Shown here in pieces: positions 54,331 through 63,235 of a stretch of DNA of 64,000 nt. The first letter of the stretch is position 1; each line of letters opens with the position of its first letter. The notes beneath the pieces were generated by a model that searched no databases, was not told the origin of the DNA, and worked only from the letters and a program-made list of their open reading frames with translations. The position numbers and the translations under genes were made by a program. The stretch is from the sequence record NC_041878.1; one strand, 5' to 3'.

Positions 54331-56700
54331 ATGGCAAACTTCGAACCCCAATGGGATTTGATCGCTGACACCAATACAATTCAAGAAGGACAAACCACGT
54401 ACTTTAGACTACGTTTGAAAAAAAGTCAATCCACTTCGCAAAATAATCAATATAATCTTGCAAGTACTGATCATTTAGAATTCAAATTCAATATTGTCAG
54501 TTCAGGGGAAACTTATGAAGAACGAGATTTTAATGTTTCGATTGGTGAAAGTACTTCTGCCTTAGTTCCTATTGGTAAAGCAGGAACTGGATCATCAACA
54601 ATTGCAGGTTCACATGTAGTTAAAATTAATAGAAAGGCATTCGACCTTTCAAGTGCTACATACATCGACGCATTTTTGTTTAAAATAGAATGTCCACAAG
54701 ATGGAATTTGGGATGGCCCAGAATCATTAACGTTCAATATCGATAGCATAAATGTTATTACGATTATTGATAATCAAGTTGCGAACACAGTTCCTAGTGG
54801 CGTTCTTGGTACAACTACACAGATTTTAAATTACAACACAACAAACGAAGTTTGGCTAACGCCTGGCTTAACTACACATGGCGATAACCTATATACAATA
54901 GGTGGAATTGGTTATGGTGCGGAAAGCCGTTTATTTGTTCAGGCATTCGGAAAAAGTCAAACTATTTCAGGCGTGACAAACGTATTCATGCCAGCGTATG
55001 AAATACTTACAATGAGTACTGGTGAAATGCCATCTAAGCACATCACTGGTTCTGGAACTATTATTGTACCAGATTTGACAAATGGATTACAAGAAGAAAT
55101 CCCTTTACTCATCCGTGATATTAATGGCAACATGGTTAATAGTGGTTTGAAATTTAATGGGAACAATGGTCAAATAGTACAAACTATGCTTTATGACTCT
55201 GACCCAATAGATGCATATATTAAAGTAAGAATTGTGTCTGTAAAAAGATACTACCTTTCACAAGAAGATGCATATTTTGTTGGTAAACGCTTCCGTGCGT
55301 ATCAGACATGGATTGCACCTGATAATGCTAGTACTATGCATGAAGCACCAACACCTAAACATTTATATCAATTAAAAGATACAACCGTCTATCCTTATGT
55401 GGTTGGGGAAACTGTATTCGAAGGTACTAATTACATTGAATACAATCCTGACAGATGGTATGATTTAGGTTTATACAACGAATCATTAGGCAATGGACTA
55501 ATTAATAATACACGCATTTTCCGTATTGTTGTTAATGATAATACTGGAAGTAATATTTCGTTCGAAACAGATTCAAATTTAGGTGAAATTCACGTTGGTG
55601 AATATTTTGGACATACAGTATATCCAAAGATTGTTGCAAATGGTTCAGACCTTATCACATACGAAATTAATCACAGTACTTCTCCAAATGACATTCGCAA
55701 GTACGGGTTAGATATGAGTGCAGATGGTACAATGATTGGCACAGCATATGCGAGAAGTGCAGATTTCACAGCGAATGATGATATACCCTTACAGTTCGAT
55801 GTAGTTGCTACTGGTAAAAATGGTAGAAGTTTAACTCAAAGATTCAAGATAAGAATCATTCGTGGTTTAGGTCAGAACTTCATATCTGCTGATATTCAAC
55901 CTTCATTGACATTGGAACGTTCATGGTTTAGTATGATTGCAACGAATGCTTTTAGTTCAGCTAGATATTATAGACCTACAGATCCTAAATATGGAGTTCG
56001 TAAAGTACCGAGATTGTTATTGAAAGAAAACTTTGTTGATCCTTCAATGAACTGGCCTGGTTTAAAACAGACTGTAACTAATCTTAGAAATGGTATTGTA
56101 GATACTGTTGGTGGTGCTCCTACTCCAGATGGTTCATTCCGTTTAGTACTAGGTAACTATAAAGTTCGTTCTGCTCTTGACAATTTAGGTAATGTACTGT
56201 ATGATGTACTTTATAGAGAAGTTCATCCAGAAGGAACGCAAGTAGATTTAAGTTTAAACCCTCTCGTTTATACTGATTACTCAAGTTCAATCATATCTGA
56301 AATCTATGGTTTACGTCAGAATATTTTCAATGTTGTGGGTGAAGATACTATTAACCTTCTTACAGACCCAACCGATTTAAACAATCGTGGTGTTGTTGTT
56401 GATGCAATCAATGGTCTTTCAGAAGAAATGATAGATACTGTTCCGCGTTTCATGAATCATCCATATATTGAAGATAATATCAAAGCTATGTATTTCCCAT
56501 GTATTGTTGTTGCATATTTACAACCAGGTCAAGGTGAAGCATTCTTTAATACACTAATTCAAAATAATGAACACGGTACATTATTGAACTATGAGTTTGA
56601 AGTTTCTGGAGTTGAATTTAGTTACTTTACTCAGGATACAACTCATTACGTAAAAGAAAATTTCACGGCATCACTTAAAGTGCCAAATCTATTTCAATAG
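54331..56700 (+). CDS. Large probable virion (baseplate/tail) protein
   Basis: About 789 aa beta-rich, Ig/cadherin-like segments, late promoter, GGAG RBS. Confidence 0.55.
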   Translation: MANFEPQWDLIADTNTIQEGQTTYFRLRLKKSQSTSQNNQYNLASTDHLEFKFNIVSSGETYEERDFNVSIGESTSALVPIGKAGTGSSTIAGSHVVKINRKAFDLSSATYIDAFLFKIECPQDGIWDGPESLTFNIDSINVITIIDNQVANTVPSGVLGTTTQILNYNTTNEVWLTPGLTTHGDNLYTIGGIGYGAESRLFVQAFGKSQTISGVTNVFMPAYEILTMSTGEMPSKHITGSGTIIVPDLTNGLQEEIPLLIRDINGNMVNSGLKFNGNNGQIVQTMLYDSDPIDAYIKVRIVSVKRYYLSQEDAYFVGKRFRAYQTWIAPDNASTMHEAPTPKHLYQLKDTTVYPYVVGETVFEGTNYIEYNPDRWYDLGLYNESLGNGLINNTRIFRIVVNDNTGSNISFETDSNLGEIHVGEYFGHTVYPKIVANGSDLITYEINHSTSPNDIRKYGLDMSADGTMIGTAYARSADFTANDDIPLQFDVVATGKNGRSLTQRFKIRIIRGLGQNFISADIQPSLTLERSWFSMIATNAFSSARYYRPTDPKYGVRKVPRLLLKENFVDPSMNWPGLKQTVTNLRNGIVDTVGGAPTPDGSFRLVLGNYKVRSALDNLGNVLYDVLYREVHPEGTQVDLSLNPLVYTDYSSSIISEIYGLRQNIFNVVGEDTINLLTDPTDLNNRGVVVDAINGLSEEMIDTVPRFMNHPYIEDNIKAMYFPCIVVAYLQPGQGEAFFNTLIQNNEHGTLLNYEFEVSGVEFSYFTQDTTHYVKENFTASLKVPNLFQ

Positions 56701-56708
56701 GAGGATTT

Positions 56709-57014
56709 ATGTTCCATCCGTTTTTTGATCCTTCATCTTTAAGTAATCAAGAACTTCATGACAAAATCAATGAAGTTTCTATGCGTATTGCTTCTGCTAG
56801 AGCAGCAGGAATCCAATATGAAGTTATACAATCTATGTTTACTGTAATTCAATCTTGTGAAGAAGAATTACGTACTCGCCAAGCTAAAGTAGATTTGGAT
56901 GAAGTACAGAAAGAAAACAATCATTGTGTATTTGATTCAGATAGTTATATTAACACTTCAGATGAAAAGAAAAATGAAAGTACAAGGAAACAGAACTATA
57001 AGCGAGCATGGTGA
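56709..57014 (+). CDS. Hypothetical coiled-coil protein
   Basis: 101 aa, GGAGGA RBS. Confidence 0.65.
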   Translation: MFHPFFDPSSLSNQELHDKINEVSMRIASARAAGIQYEVIQSMFTVIQSCEEELRTRQAKVDLDEVQKENNHCVFDSDSYINTSDEKKNESTRKQNYKRAW

Positions 57015-57492
57015 TGTTCGCTTAGATTTAAACGCCGTGGTTTACGCAATAAACTGCGGTGCAGACATAAGATACATACAACTTAATGAACAAGATGAAG
57101 CTGAACGACTAAAGTTCAACGACAATTGTAAGAAATTCGGATTAGAAGAACGTATGTTGGATTATACAATCAATCATGACCAGAATCATGAGTTATGGCG
57201 TTATGATCCAGCATATGATAAAATTAATCTCGAAGACTATTTTCTTAACTTATGCAGTACAGATGAGCAACGCGAACGTGTACTATATGAGCTAAGTCTA
57301 TATGAAAGCTACAACATGACTAAACTACTACGTTGTATGATCTGGCTAGTAGACTACCTCGAAGAACATAATATTTTTTGGGGCTTAGGTCGTGGAAGTT
57401 CAGTAAGCAGCTATTGTTTATATTTGATTGGATTACATCTAGTAGATTCCATAAAATATGAACTAGATGTGAACGAATTTTTGAAATGGTAA
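56974..57492 (+). CDS. DnaE (Pol III alpha)-like fragment, N-terminal half of a split minimal polymerase
   Basis: ERVLYEL...DYLEEHNIFWGLGRGSSVSSYCLYLIGLHLVDSIKYELDVNEFLK matches DnaE RL..EL...GxGRGSxxGSLVAY.LGIT.VDP..Y.L.FERFL; start moved to ATG 56974. Confidence 0.8.
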   Translation: MKVQGNRTISEHGDVRLDLNAVVYAINCGADIRYIQLNEQDEAERLKFNDNCKKFGLEERMLDYTINHDQNHELWRYDPAYDKINLEDYFLNLCSTDEQRERVLYELSLYESYNMTKLLRCMIWLVDYLEEHNIFWGLGRGSSVSSYCLYLIGLHLVDSIKYELDVNEFLKW

Positions 57493-57510
57493 AAAAAATT
57501 ATGGTATAAT
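57482..57510 (+). promoter_or_regulatory. Putative middle-class promoter, variant TGAAAT box
   Basis: TGAAAT-17bp-TATAAT with TGG extension. Confidence 0.65.
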
Positions 57511-57538
57511 GTACCTATTAGCGTGAAAAGGGATTTTT

Positions 57539-57913
57539 ATGAAGAAACACACTAGCTATCGCGGTCAGAAGATCGATATGGAGATGTTGAAGTTTCAGCA
57601 TCAACACAGCGTAGCAATTGGTAATGCCAATATGAATGCTCGCGGTGATATTATTGGTCGTGGCGGCACAGTTATCAAAAAGCGTGAAGACTTACTTGCT
57701 GAACGTGAACGTGAACTGCAAAAACCTGATATTAGTCCAGAACATCAGAGTCATTCTATGGCTCCACAGATGGGCGACCCAATGGATTTTGCGGATACTG
57801 GTTTTGATGATTCTCAGTTTGAAAGTACTCCAACCGGAGATACCATTGAGCCTGAGAAGAAAGCACCAGTTAAACGTGCTAAAGTAGCAAAAGACGACGC
57901 TGAACAAGAATAA
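57539..57913 (+). CDS. Hypothetical protein
   Basis: 124 aa; AIGNANMNARGDIIGRGG low-complexity core. Confidence 0.7.
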   Translation: MKKHTSYRGQKIDMEMLKFQHQHSVAIGNANMNARGDIIGRGGTVIKKREDLLAERERELQKPDISPEHQSHSMAPQMGDPMDFADTGFDDSQFESTPTGDTIEPEKKAPVKRAKVAKDDAEQE

Positions 57914-57923
57914 GGAAACAGAA

Positions 57924-58244
57924 ATGGAGTCAAAAGTACTTACAGCTTGTAAAGGTAAAGTTCTCGTATCTGATTTAGATATTGGTGAACAAAAATTAAA
58001 ATCAGGTATCGTTCTTCGCGATGATGACGGTACTGTGCGTGGTGTACATAGTCGTTGGGCTAAAGTATATTCCGTAGGTGAAGATATTACTGAACTCAAA
58101 GAAGGTGATTGGATTCTAATTGCTCATGGTAGATGGTCAAGAACAATTACTGTTGATGAAGTATCACTAAATTTAGTAGATTATCCTAAAGGCGTTCTTG
58201 CTTCAGCAGATGAACGACCAGACTTCTTAGGTCTAGGATATTAA
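57924..58244 (+). CDS. Divergent GroES-like co-chaperonin
   Basis: LTACKGKVLV...KSGIVL...AKVYSVG..ITELKEGDWILI fits the GroES beta-barrel. Confidence 0.72.
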   Translation: MESKVLTACKGKVLVSDLDIGEQKLKSGIVLRDDDGTVRGVHSRWAKVYSVGEDITELKEGDWILIAHGRWSRTITVDEVSLNLVDYPKGVLASADERPDFLGLGY

Positions 58245-58287
58245 AATACGCCCTGCATTGTCAGGGCTTTCTTTTTGTCGAGATTTT

Positions 58288-58578
58288 ATGAGTGTAACCG
58301 CCGATAACAAATTTAACTTTTATGATGTGCAATTAATTAGTACTAACAAAAGTGGTAAGTTTTACTTAGAAGTAGCTAAGAACAAATCTAAGGTGTACGA
58401 AGTAAACGAAGATCTTTTCAAAGCTATGCTGGTATCAGCAGCAACTGTGAAAAACATGGGTTTAGAAAATCCTAAAATGGCAAACACGTTTGATTACTTG
58501 TTTGACCAGATTGAAATGACAGAAGAAATCTTTACAGCTTTACTATATCCAGAATGGATTAATGAAAACAAGGAATGA
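58288..58578 (+). CDS. Hypothetical protein
   Basis: ATG 58288 with GAG RBS; overlaps the clamp-loader start. Confidence 0.6.
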   Translation: MSVTADNKFNFYDVQLISTNKSGKFYLEVAKNKSKVYEVNEDLFKAMLVSAATVKNMGLENPKMANTFDYLFDQIEMTEEIFTALLYPEWINENKE

Positions 58579-59534
58579 GCATGACCTCTCTATGGACTGA
58601 AAAATACCGCCCTGGTAATATCGAAGAATATGTGTTTAAAAACCCAGCTTTTAAACTAAAAATGGAAGAATGGATCAGAACTGGTCAGATTCCTCACATC
58701 GGTTTCTTCGGTCCAGCCGGAACAGGTAAAACTTCAGCGATTAAAGTCTTGATTAATGGCTTAGTCGAAAATGGATTTGTAGACCCATCTGATGTAACAA
58801 TTCTAAACATGTCCGATGAAGGTATGGATGCAGTACGTGAAAAGATCGATGCAGCAGCACGTCTTTCTGCATTCGGTGATTACCGTATCTTTGTACTGGA
58901 AGAAATGGAACAAATGGGGATCAAAGCACAGGGTTCTCTAAAACGTATTATGGAAGATTATCACGAGAATGCTCGTTTTATTCTAACGTCCAATGAACCA
59001 CACAAAATCCTAAAACCAATCATCTCTCGTGTTCAATCTATCATGATTGAAAAACACGATCAAGATGATTTCACCACCCGTATCATTGAAATCCTAATCA
59101 ATGAAGGTGTAGAACTAGATACTGAAGAAAGCTTAGATCTAGTTAACAAGTACATTAAATGTACTTTCCCTGATTTCCGCAAAACATTGAACACACTTCA
59201 GAGTTCAGTAGTTGATGGTAAACTAGTTAAACTAGAAGATTCGATTGATAGTACTGCAAGTTATCGTGCTGCAATTATCGATGCACTACAAGCAGGTAAT
59301 ATTCGTCAGATGCGTGAGCAAATTGTACAAAACATTCCAGAAGATGAAATCGATGGTTTCTTCTCATTCTTGTATCGTAATGTAGAAATGTTCACTACTG
59401 ATGAAATTAAAGAAATGAAGATCAAGGTTAAGATTCGTGATGCAGTTGTTAAACAAGCATCTGTTTCAGACCGTGAGATGAATCTATCCGCACTACTATG
59501 TGAAGTAGATTTGATCTGCAACGACCAAATGTAA
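58575..59534 (+). CDS. gp44: Clamp-loader AAA+ subunit (gp44/RFC-like)
   Basis: WTEKYRP, GPAGTGKT, LEEME, SRV, PDFRK..NTLQ. Confidence 0.93.
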   Translation: MSMTSLWTEKYRPGNIEEYVFKNPAFKLKMEEWIRTGQIPHIGFFGPAGTGKTSAIKVLINGLVENGFVDPSDVTILNMSDEGMDAVREKIDAAARLSAFGDYRIFVLEEMEQMGIKAQGSLKRIMEDYHENARFILTSNEPHKILKPIISRVQSIMIEKHDQDDFTTRIIEILINEGVELDTEESLDLVNKYIKCTFPDFRKTLNTLQSSVVDGKLVKLEDSIDSTASYRAAIIDALQAGNIRQMREQIVQNIPEDEIDGFFSFLYRNVEMFTTDEIKEMKIKVKIRDAVVKQASVSDREMNLSALLCEVDLICNDQM

Positions 59535-59542
59535 GGTAAACA

Positions 59543-60163
59543 ATGTCAAGTAAACAAAAAGCCGTAATCTTGGATTGCGATGAAATTCTATTAAACCACT
59601 TAGGTGGTTTTAAAAAATACGTACAGAAATACTACGATATTCAAACCGTTGGGGAACCACAGCAGTATAATTTACAAGATTGGCTATGCTGTGATGCTGA
59701 ACAAGTTATGGATTTGTTAAAGAATTTTAACTTCTATTCATATGAATTTGGTTTATTGGAACCAATGGATGAATTTGTAGTTGACCGTATGAAGCAACTA
59801 CGCTCTCGTTATCCTGATGTGGCCTTTATTGTGGTAACTAAAAGTGGTACATTCGGTCATGGTGAAGTACTTCGTAAGGTAAATCTAATTAATGTCTTTG
59901 GTGACATTTTTGATGATATTATCATTCTTGAGAACTATCAAACCAAACGTGGTACTTATCTTAAACTACAGAATCAGTACGATGTAGTTACTGTTGTTGA
60001 TGATCATCTTGTTAATATTGATGTTGCTAAACAAGTAGGTCTTGATACTGTAGTACTAGAATGTTCACACAACGTATCTGAAAAGAACAATCCTAACTAC
60101 AATTTTGTAGAAGATTGGCGTGATATGTTTACGTATATTGATGACAAAATCAAAGGGGAGTAA
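59543..60163 (+). CDS. HAD-superfamily phosphatase (5'-deoxyribonucleotidase-like)
   Basis: ILDCDEIL motif I, VVTKS motif II, VVDDHLVN motif IV. Confidence 0.75.
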   Translation: MSSKQKAVILDCDEILLNHLGGFKKYVQKYYDIQTVGEPQQYNLQDWLCCDAEQVMDLLKNFNFYSYEFGLLEPMDEFVVDRMKQLRSRYPDVAFIVVTKSGTFGHGEVLRKVNLINVFGDIFDDIIILENYQTKRGTYLKLQNQYDVVTVVDDHLVNIDVAKQVGLDTVVLECSHNVSEKNNPNYNFVEDWRDMFTYIDDKIKGE

Positions 60164-60172
60164 TCCCCTTTT
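60152..60172 (+). terminator. Intrinsic terminator
   Basis: AAAGGGGA-gtaa-TCCCCTTT-T. Confidence 0.6.
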
Positions 60173-60220
60173 CCGTTTAGTAAATAAGATTATATTATTA
60201 CTATTATAGGGAAGATATAC

Positions 60221-60790
60221 ATGGATAGTTCACAAGCAGTTCAGAATCTTTACGACCAGGATGGATTATTAGATATTCTTCTTGGTGTTGAAGAATATTT
60301 TGACAATATGGATTTGTATGCATACAAGAACTGGATCTATGGTGAAGTTGTTGAAGGACCAATCGTTTCTAAGTATTGGGTTGAACTAACATTAAAATTC
60401 GACCATGACACATTTCCAGATCCTGTAGCTACAAAGATTTTCGAAAAACAAGGTACTAAGATTTTTGTACGTCCAGATTGGGAAGTATACCCAATTGCAC
60501 ATCCACGTGGAAATGATGATATGCAAAGCGTTTTAGGAAATGCTGCAAGTATGCGTAAACCTAAAGATGAACGTAAAGCTATTTTACTTTATAAGTTTCA
60601 AATTCCTCGTCGTTTAGTTAACCCTGAAAGTTTCGATGAATATAAATTAATGTCCTCTGATTTCAATAGCAACTCTTTACAAGATGATATGGATAATCCA
60701 GGAGAGCAACCTGAACAACAAGATCCAAATCAAATGGATCAAGATTCAGATGATATTCAATTCGATGACGAACAAATGGGAGGTCTATAA
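60221..60790 (+). CDS. Hypothetical protein
   Basis: 189 aa, acidic tail, TAAATA upstream at 60181. Confidence 0.7.
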   Translation: MDSSQAVQNLYDQDGLLDILLGVEEYFDNMDLYAYKNWIYGEVVEGPIVSKYWVELTLKFDHDTFPDPVATKIFEKQGTKIFVRPDWEVYPIAHPRGNDDMQSVLGNAASMRKPKDERKAILLYKFQIPRRLVNPESFDEYKLMSSDFNSNSLQDDMDNPGEQPEQQDPNQMDQDSDDIQFDDEQMGGL

Positions 60791-61473
60791 TGACTAAACG
60801 AATTTACGAACGTGCATTAAGACCGTTAGTACTTAAAGATTTAATTCATCCTATCATTAGCGTAGATGAATATACACCAAAAATTGATGAATCAAATATT
60901 GTAGTACTTTTCCAAGTACTCGATAACTTTGATGCAGCATATGATTTAAGTTCATTTATTGAACGTTCACCAGTTGATGTAATTGATACTGAAGCTGCTG
61001 AAACTCCTAACGTAGACGGACGCTATCAAGTGTTTGTTGAATTTGAACGCAACGGTGAGTTTCCAGCTAAACTTATTGCATTGATGAAATCAATTGAAAA
61101 CATTTGTCCAGACCCAGGCTGGAAATTACAAATGTATGGCGTTAATGATCCAATCGATTTAGATATTGATGAAATCACTAATGACATGGAATTAGTTAAT
61201 GAAGAAGAACTTAAAGAATTCTTCGACTTTGCAGCAGTTAACGTGGAAATCGTTAATGAAAGCATTAAAATTAAAAGTGTGTACGGTACAGAATTGCATT
61301 ACAGCAAAGGCTCTGGTATCGTAAATGAATCATATGTTAAAGGTTTACTACATGATGATACTTCACTTGACAGTACTAGACTTAGTGCAGTTCTAGGTGA
61401 AAACTATGATGTATTAAAATCTGGTTCAGAATATATTGTTGGCATTAACGGGAAGTATATAGTACTACGATAA
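60790..61473 (+). CDS. Hypothetical protein
   Basis: 227 aa, TAATG coupling, repeated VNES/VNEE motifs. Confidence 0.7.
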   Translation: MTKRIYERALRPLVLKDLIHPIISVDEYTPKIDESNIVVLFQVLDNFDAAYDLSSFIERSPVDVIDTEAAETPNVDGRYQVFVEFERNGEFPAKLIALMKSIENICPDPGWKLQMYGVNDPIDLDIDEITNDMELVNEEELKEFFDFAAVNVEIVNESIKIKSVYGTELHYSKGSGIVNESYVKGLLHDDTSLDSTRLSAVLGENYDVLKSGSEYIVGINGKYIVLR

Positions 61474-62267
61474 TGAAAATTTACAATATGTTAATGGCAC
61501 TTCATGAAAGTACTAGGACAGAATTGCACCAAATAGGGAATGTTGGTTTAAGTAAGAGAATGTACGTAAGAACCTATGAAATAAATCGTATAGGTAAAAA
61601 TTACGATAACATTAATCGAAATGATGTAAGTACTGAGATGGTTTTGAAAGCATATCTTGCACGTAAAGTATTTGTTAATGAAAAATACCTAAGAGGTAGA
61701 TATTTGATTGACGAAGTTTATGATGCAGAGGTTGCTTTCACTAAGGGCTTATGGAAAATCTTTTGTATGGAAGTTTTCGGTACAACGATGCCTGAGCTAC
61801 CAGTACCCACAACATATAACGAACTACAAACTATATTCGACAACAAAGCTGCATTTATGGATTTTGAATTATACACTACAGTTAAAGAAGCTGTAATACA
61901 TAATCAAATAGTAGATTCAGTACAGTGTGTTAGTATTCGAGATTTTGATTTATTTTGTTCATTACCTGGGATTCCAGGATGGACTTCAGTACAACACGGT
62001 GCAAGTTTAGTTGATGGAAGGAATGAAGCTCCACAAAGACTAATACAAGCTAGTTTAGGTATGTACAAGTATGATTATTTGTCATGTCCTGAACCATATG
62101 TTAATTTCTGGAAAGAACGTGCAATGCAAGCTCTACAAAAAGCGGTTGCAATTCTCCAGAAAACATATATACTTAAATTCAGAAACGCGACAATGTATGA
62201 CTTATCTCCAGTGCCGGAGAGATTCACGCCAATAAACGCTTTTCATTGGAATATAAAAAGGACGTAA
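61473..62267 (+). CDS. Hypothetical protein
   Basis: 264 aa, TAATG coupling. Confidence 0.65.
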   Translation: MKIYNMLMALHESTRTELHQIGNVGLSKRMYVRTYEINRIGKNYDNINRNDVSTEMVLKAYLARKVFVNEKYLRGRYLIDEVYDAEVAFTKGLWKIFCMEVFGTTMPELPVPTTYNELQTIFDNKAAFMDFELYTTVKEAVIHNQIVDSVQCVSIRDFDLFCSLPGIPGWTSVQHGASLVDGRNEAPQRLIQASLGMYKYDYLSCPEPYVNFWKERAMQALQKAVAILQKTYILKFRNATMYDLSPVPERFTPINAFHWNIKRT

Positions 62268-62282
62268 TTTTCGTCCTTTTTT
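62255..62282 (+). terminator. Intrinsic terminator closing the core region
   Basis: AAAAAGGACG-taatttt-CGTCCTTTTT then T. Confidence 0.75.
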
Positions 62283-62293
62283 CATTTTAGCCC

Positions 62294-62325
62294 TTGACAG
62301 GGCATGAAAAATGCAGTACTATAAT
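62294..62325 (+). promoter_or_regulatory. Consensus sigma70 (putative early) promoter
   Basis: TTGACA-17bp-TACTAT(AAT). Confidence 0.75.
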
Positions 62326-62403
62326 CACATGAAAACAACGGCTCTAGCCGTGAACTTCTATGGGTTAAAAAATAAACTTTCTATATCTTAAAAAGGAACC
62401 AGA

Positions 62404-62943
62404 ATGAAAACTGTAACTTTCGTATACACCGACAACGTAACCTACAAAGCCGCCAACGTAATTTCTATTGACAATCACGGCGATACTATTGAGTACGTTC
62501 AGGACAGCACCAACACTGATGGCTCTATTGTCGGTCTGAACATGCGTTCTGTTGACACCTACGATCTTCTGTACGCAGTAGTTAAAGATGTTGACACCAA
62601 AGAAGTGACTATCATTCCTGGTCTGTTTGACAGCTTTGATGTTGTTCCTAAAGGTGTAGCAGTTCAACGTCAGGCAAACATCGATGCAGAAGCGGCTCGC
62701 GTAGCAGCAGATCGTGCAGCGAAAGCACCAGCACGTGAAGCAAAAGAAAAAGCAAAATACGAAGCTCGTCGTGCGGCTCGTAAAGCAGAATGGGTTGGCA
62801 ACGAAGGTGATGTTGCGGTGGCCGACACCACTGAAGCGGCTCCAGTAGCAGCAGAAACCGAAGATAACAGCGTGTTCGGTCAACTGGCAGCAGCAGGTAT
62901 CTCTGCTCGTGATCTGGCTGTTCTGCGTGAAGTTCTAAAGTAA
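62404..62943 (+). CDS. Putative early protein of unknown function
   Basis: AGGA RBS, strongly host-like codons, Ala/Lys/Arg/Glu-rich helix. Confidence 0.8.
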   Translation: MKTVTFVYTDNVTYKAANVISIDNHGDTIEYVQDSTNTDGSIVGLNMRSVDTYDLLYAVVKDVDTKEVTIIPGLFDSFDVVPKGVAVQRQANIDAEAARVAADRAAKAPAREAKEKAKYEARRAARKAEWVGNEGDVAVADTTEAAPVAAETEDNSVFGQLAAAGISARDLAVLREVLK

Positions 62944-62976
62944 TAAAATTTGACTTTCAAATAAGGAAAAGGTAAT

Positions 62977-63177
62977 ATGAAATCTGGTAATTACATTATT
63001 GCAGGTACTGATAAGGCAACTGGTCGTAGCTCAATTTCGGCAAAACCAAAAGAGCATGTAAGCGAAGCATCAGCGAAAGCTGAAGCAGCACGTCTTGCTC
63101 AGGACAACGACGAAAAAGATTTTACTGTACTACGTGTTGTCGCTACTGCTTCAGTAGCTAAAGTATCCTGGCGTTAA
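62977..63177 (+). CDS. Small putative early protein
   Basis: 66 aa, AGG RBS, followed by a terminator. Confidence 0.7.
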   Translation: MKSGNYIIAGTDKATGRSSISAKPKEHVSEASAKAEAARLAQDNDEKDFTVLRVVATASVAKVSWR

Positions 63178-63187
63178 GGTTTGTTTT

Positions 63188-63212
63188 GGGGAATGAAAGT
63201 TCCCCGCTTTTT
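63188..63212 (+). terminator. Intrinsic terminator
   Basis: GGGGAAT-gaaa-GTTCCCC-GC-T5. Confidence 0.7.
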
Positions 63213-63235
63213 AATTTAACTGCGAGAATTATAAG

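Noticed and set aside
62365-62883. 172-aa minus-strand ORF
   Set aside because: It is the antisense shadow of a codon-biased plus-strand gene that has the promoter and RBS; the shadow has neither
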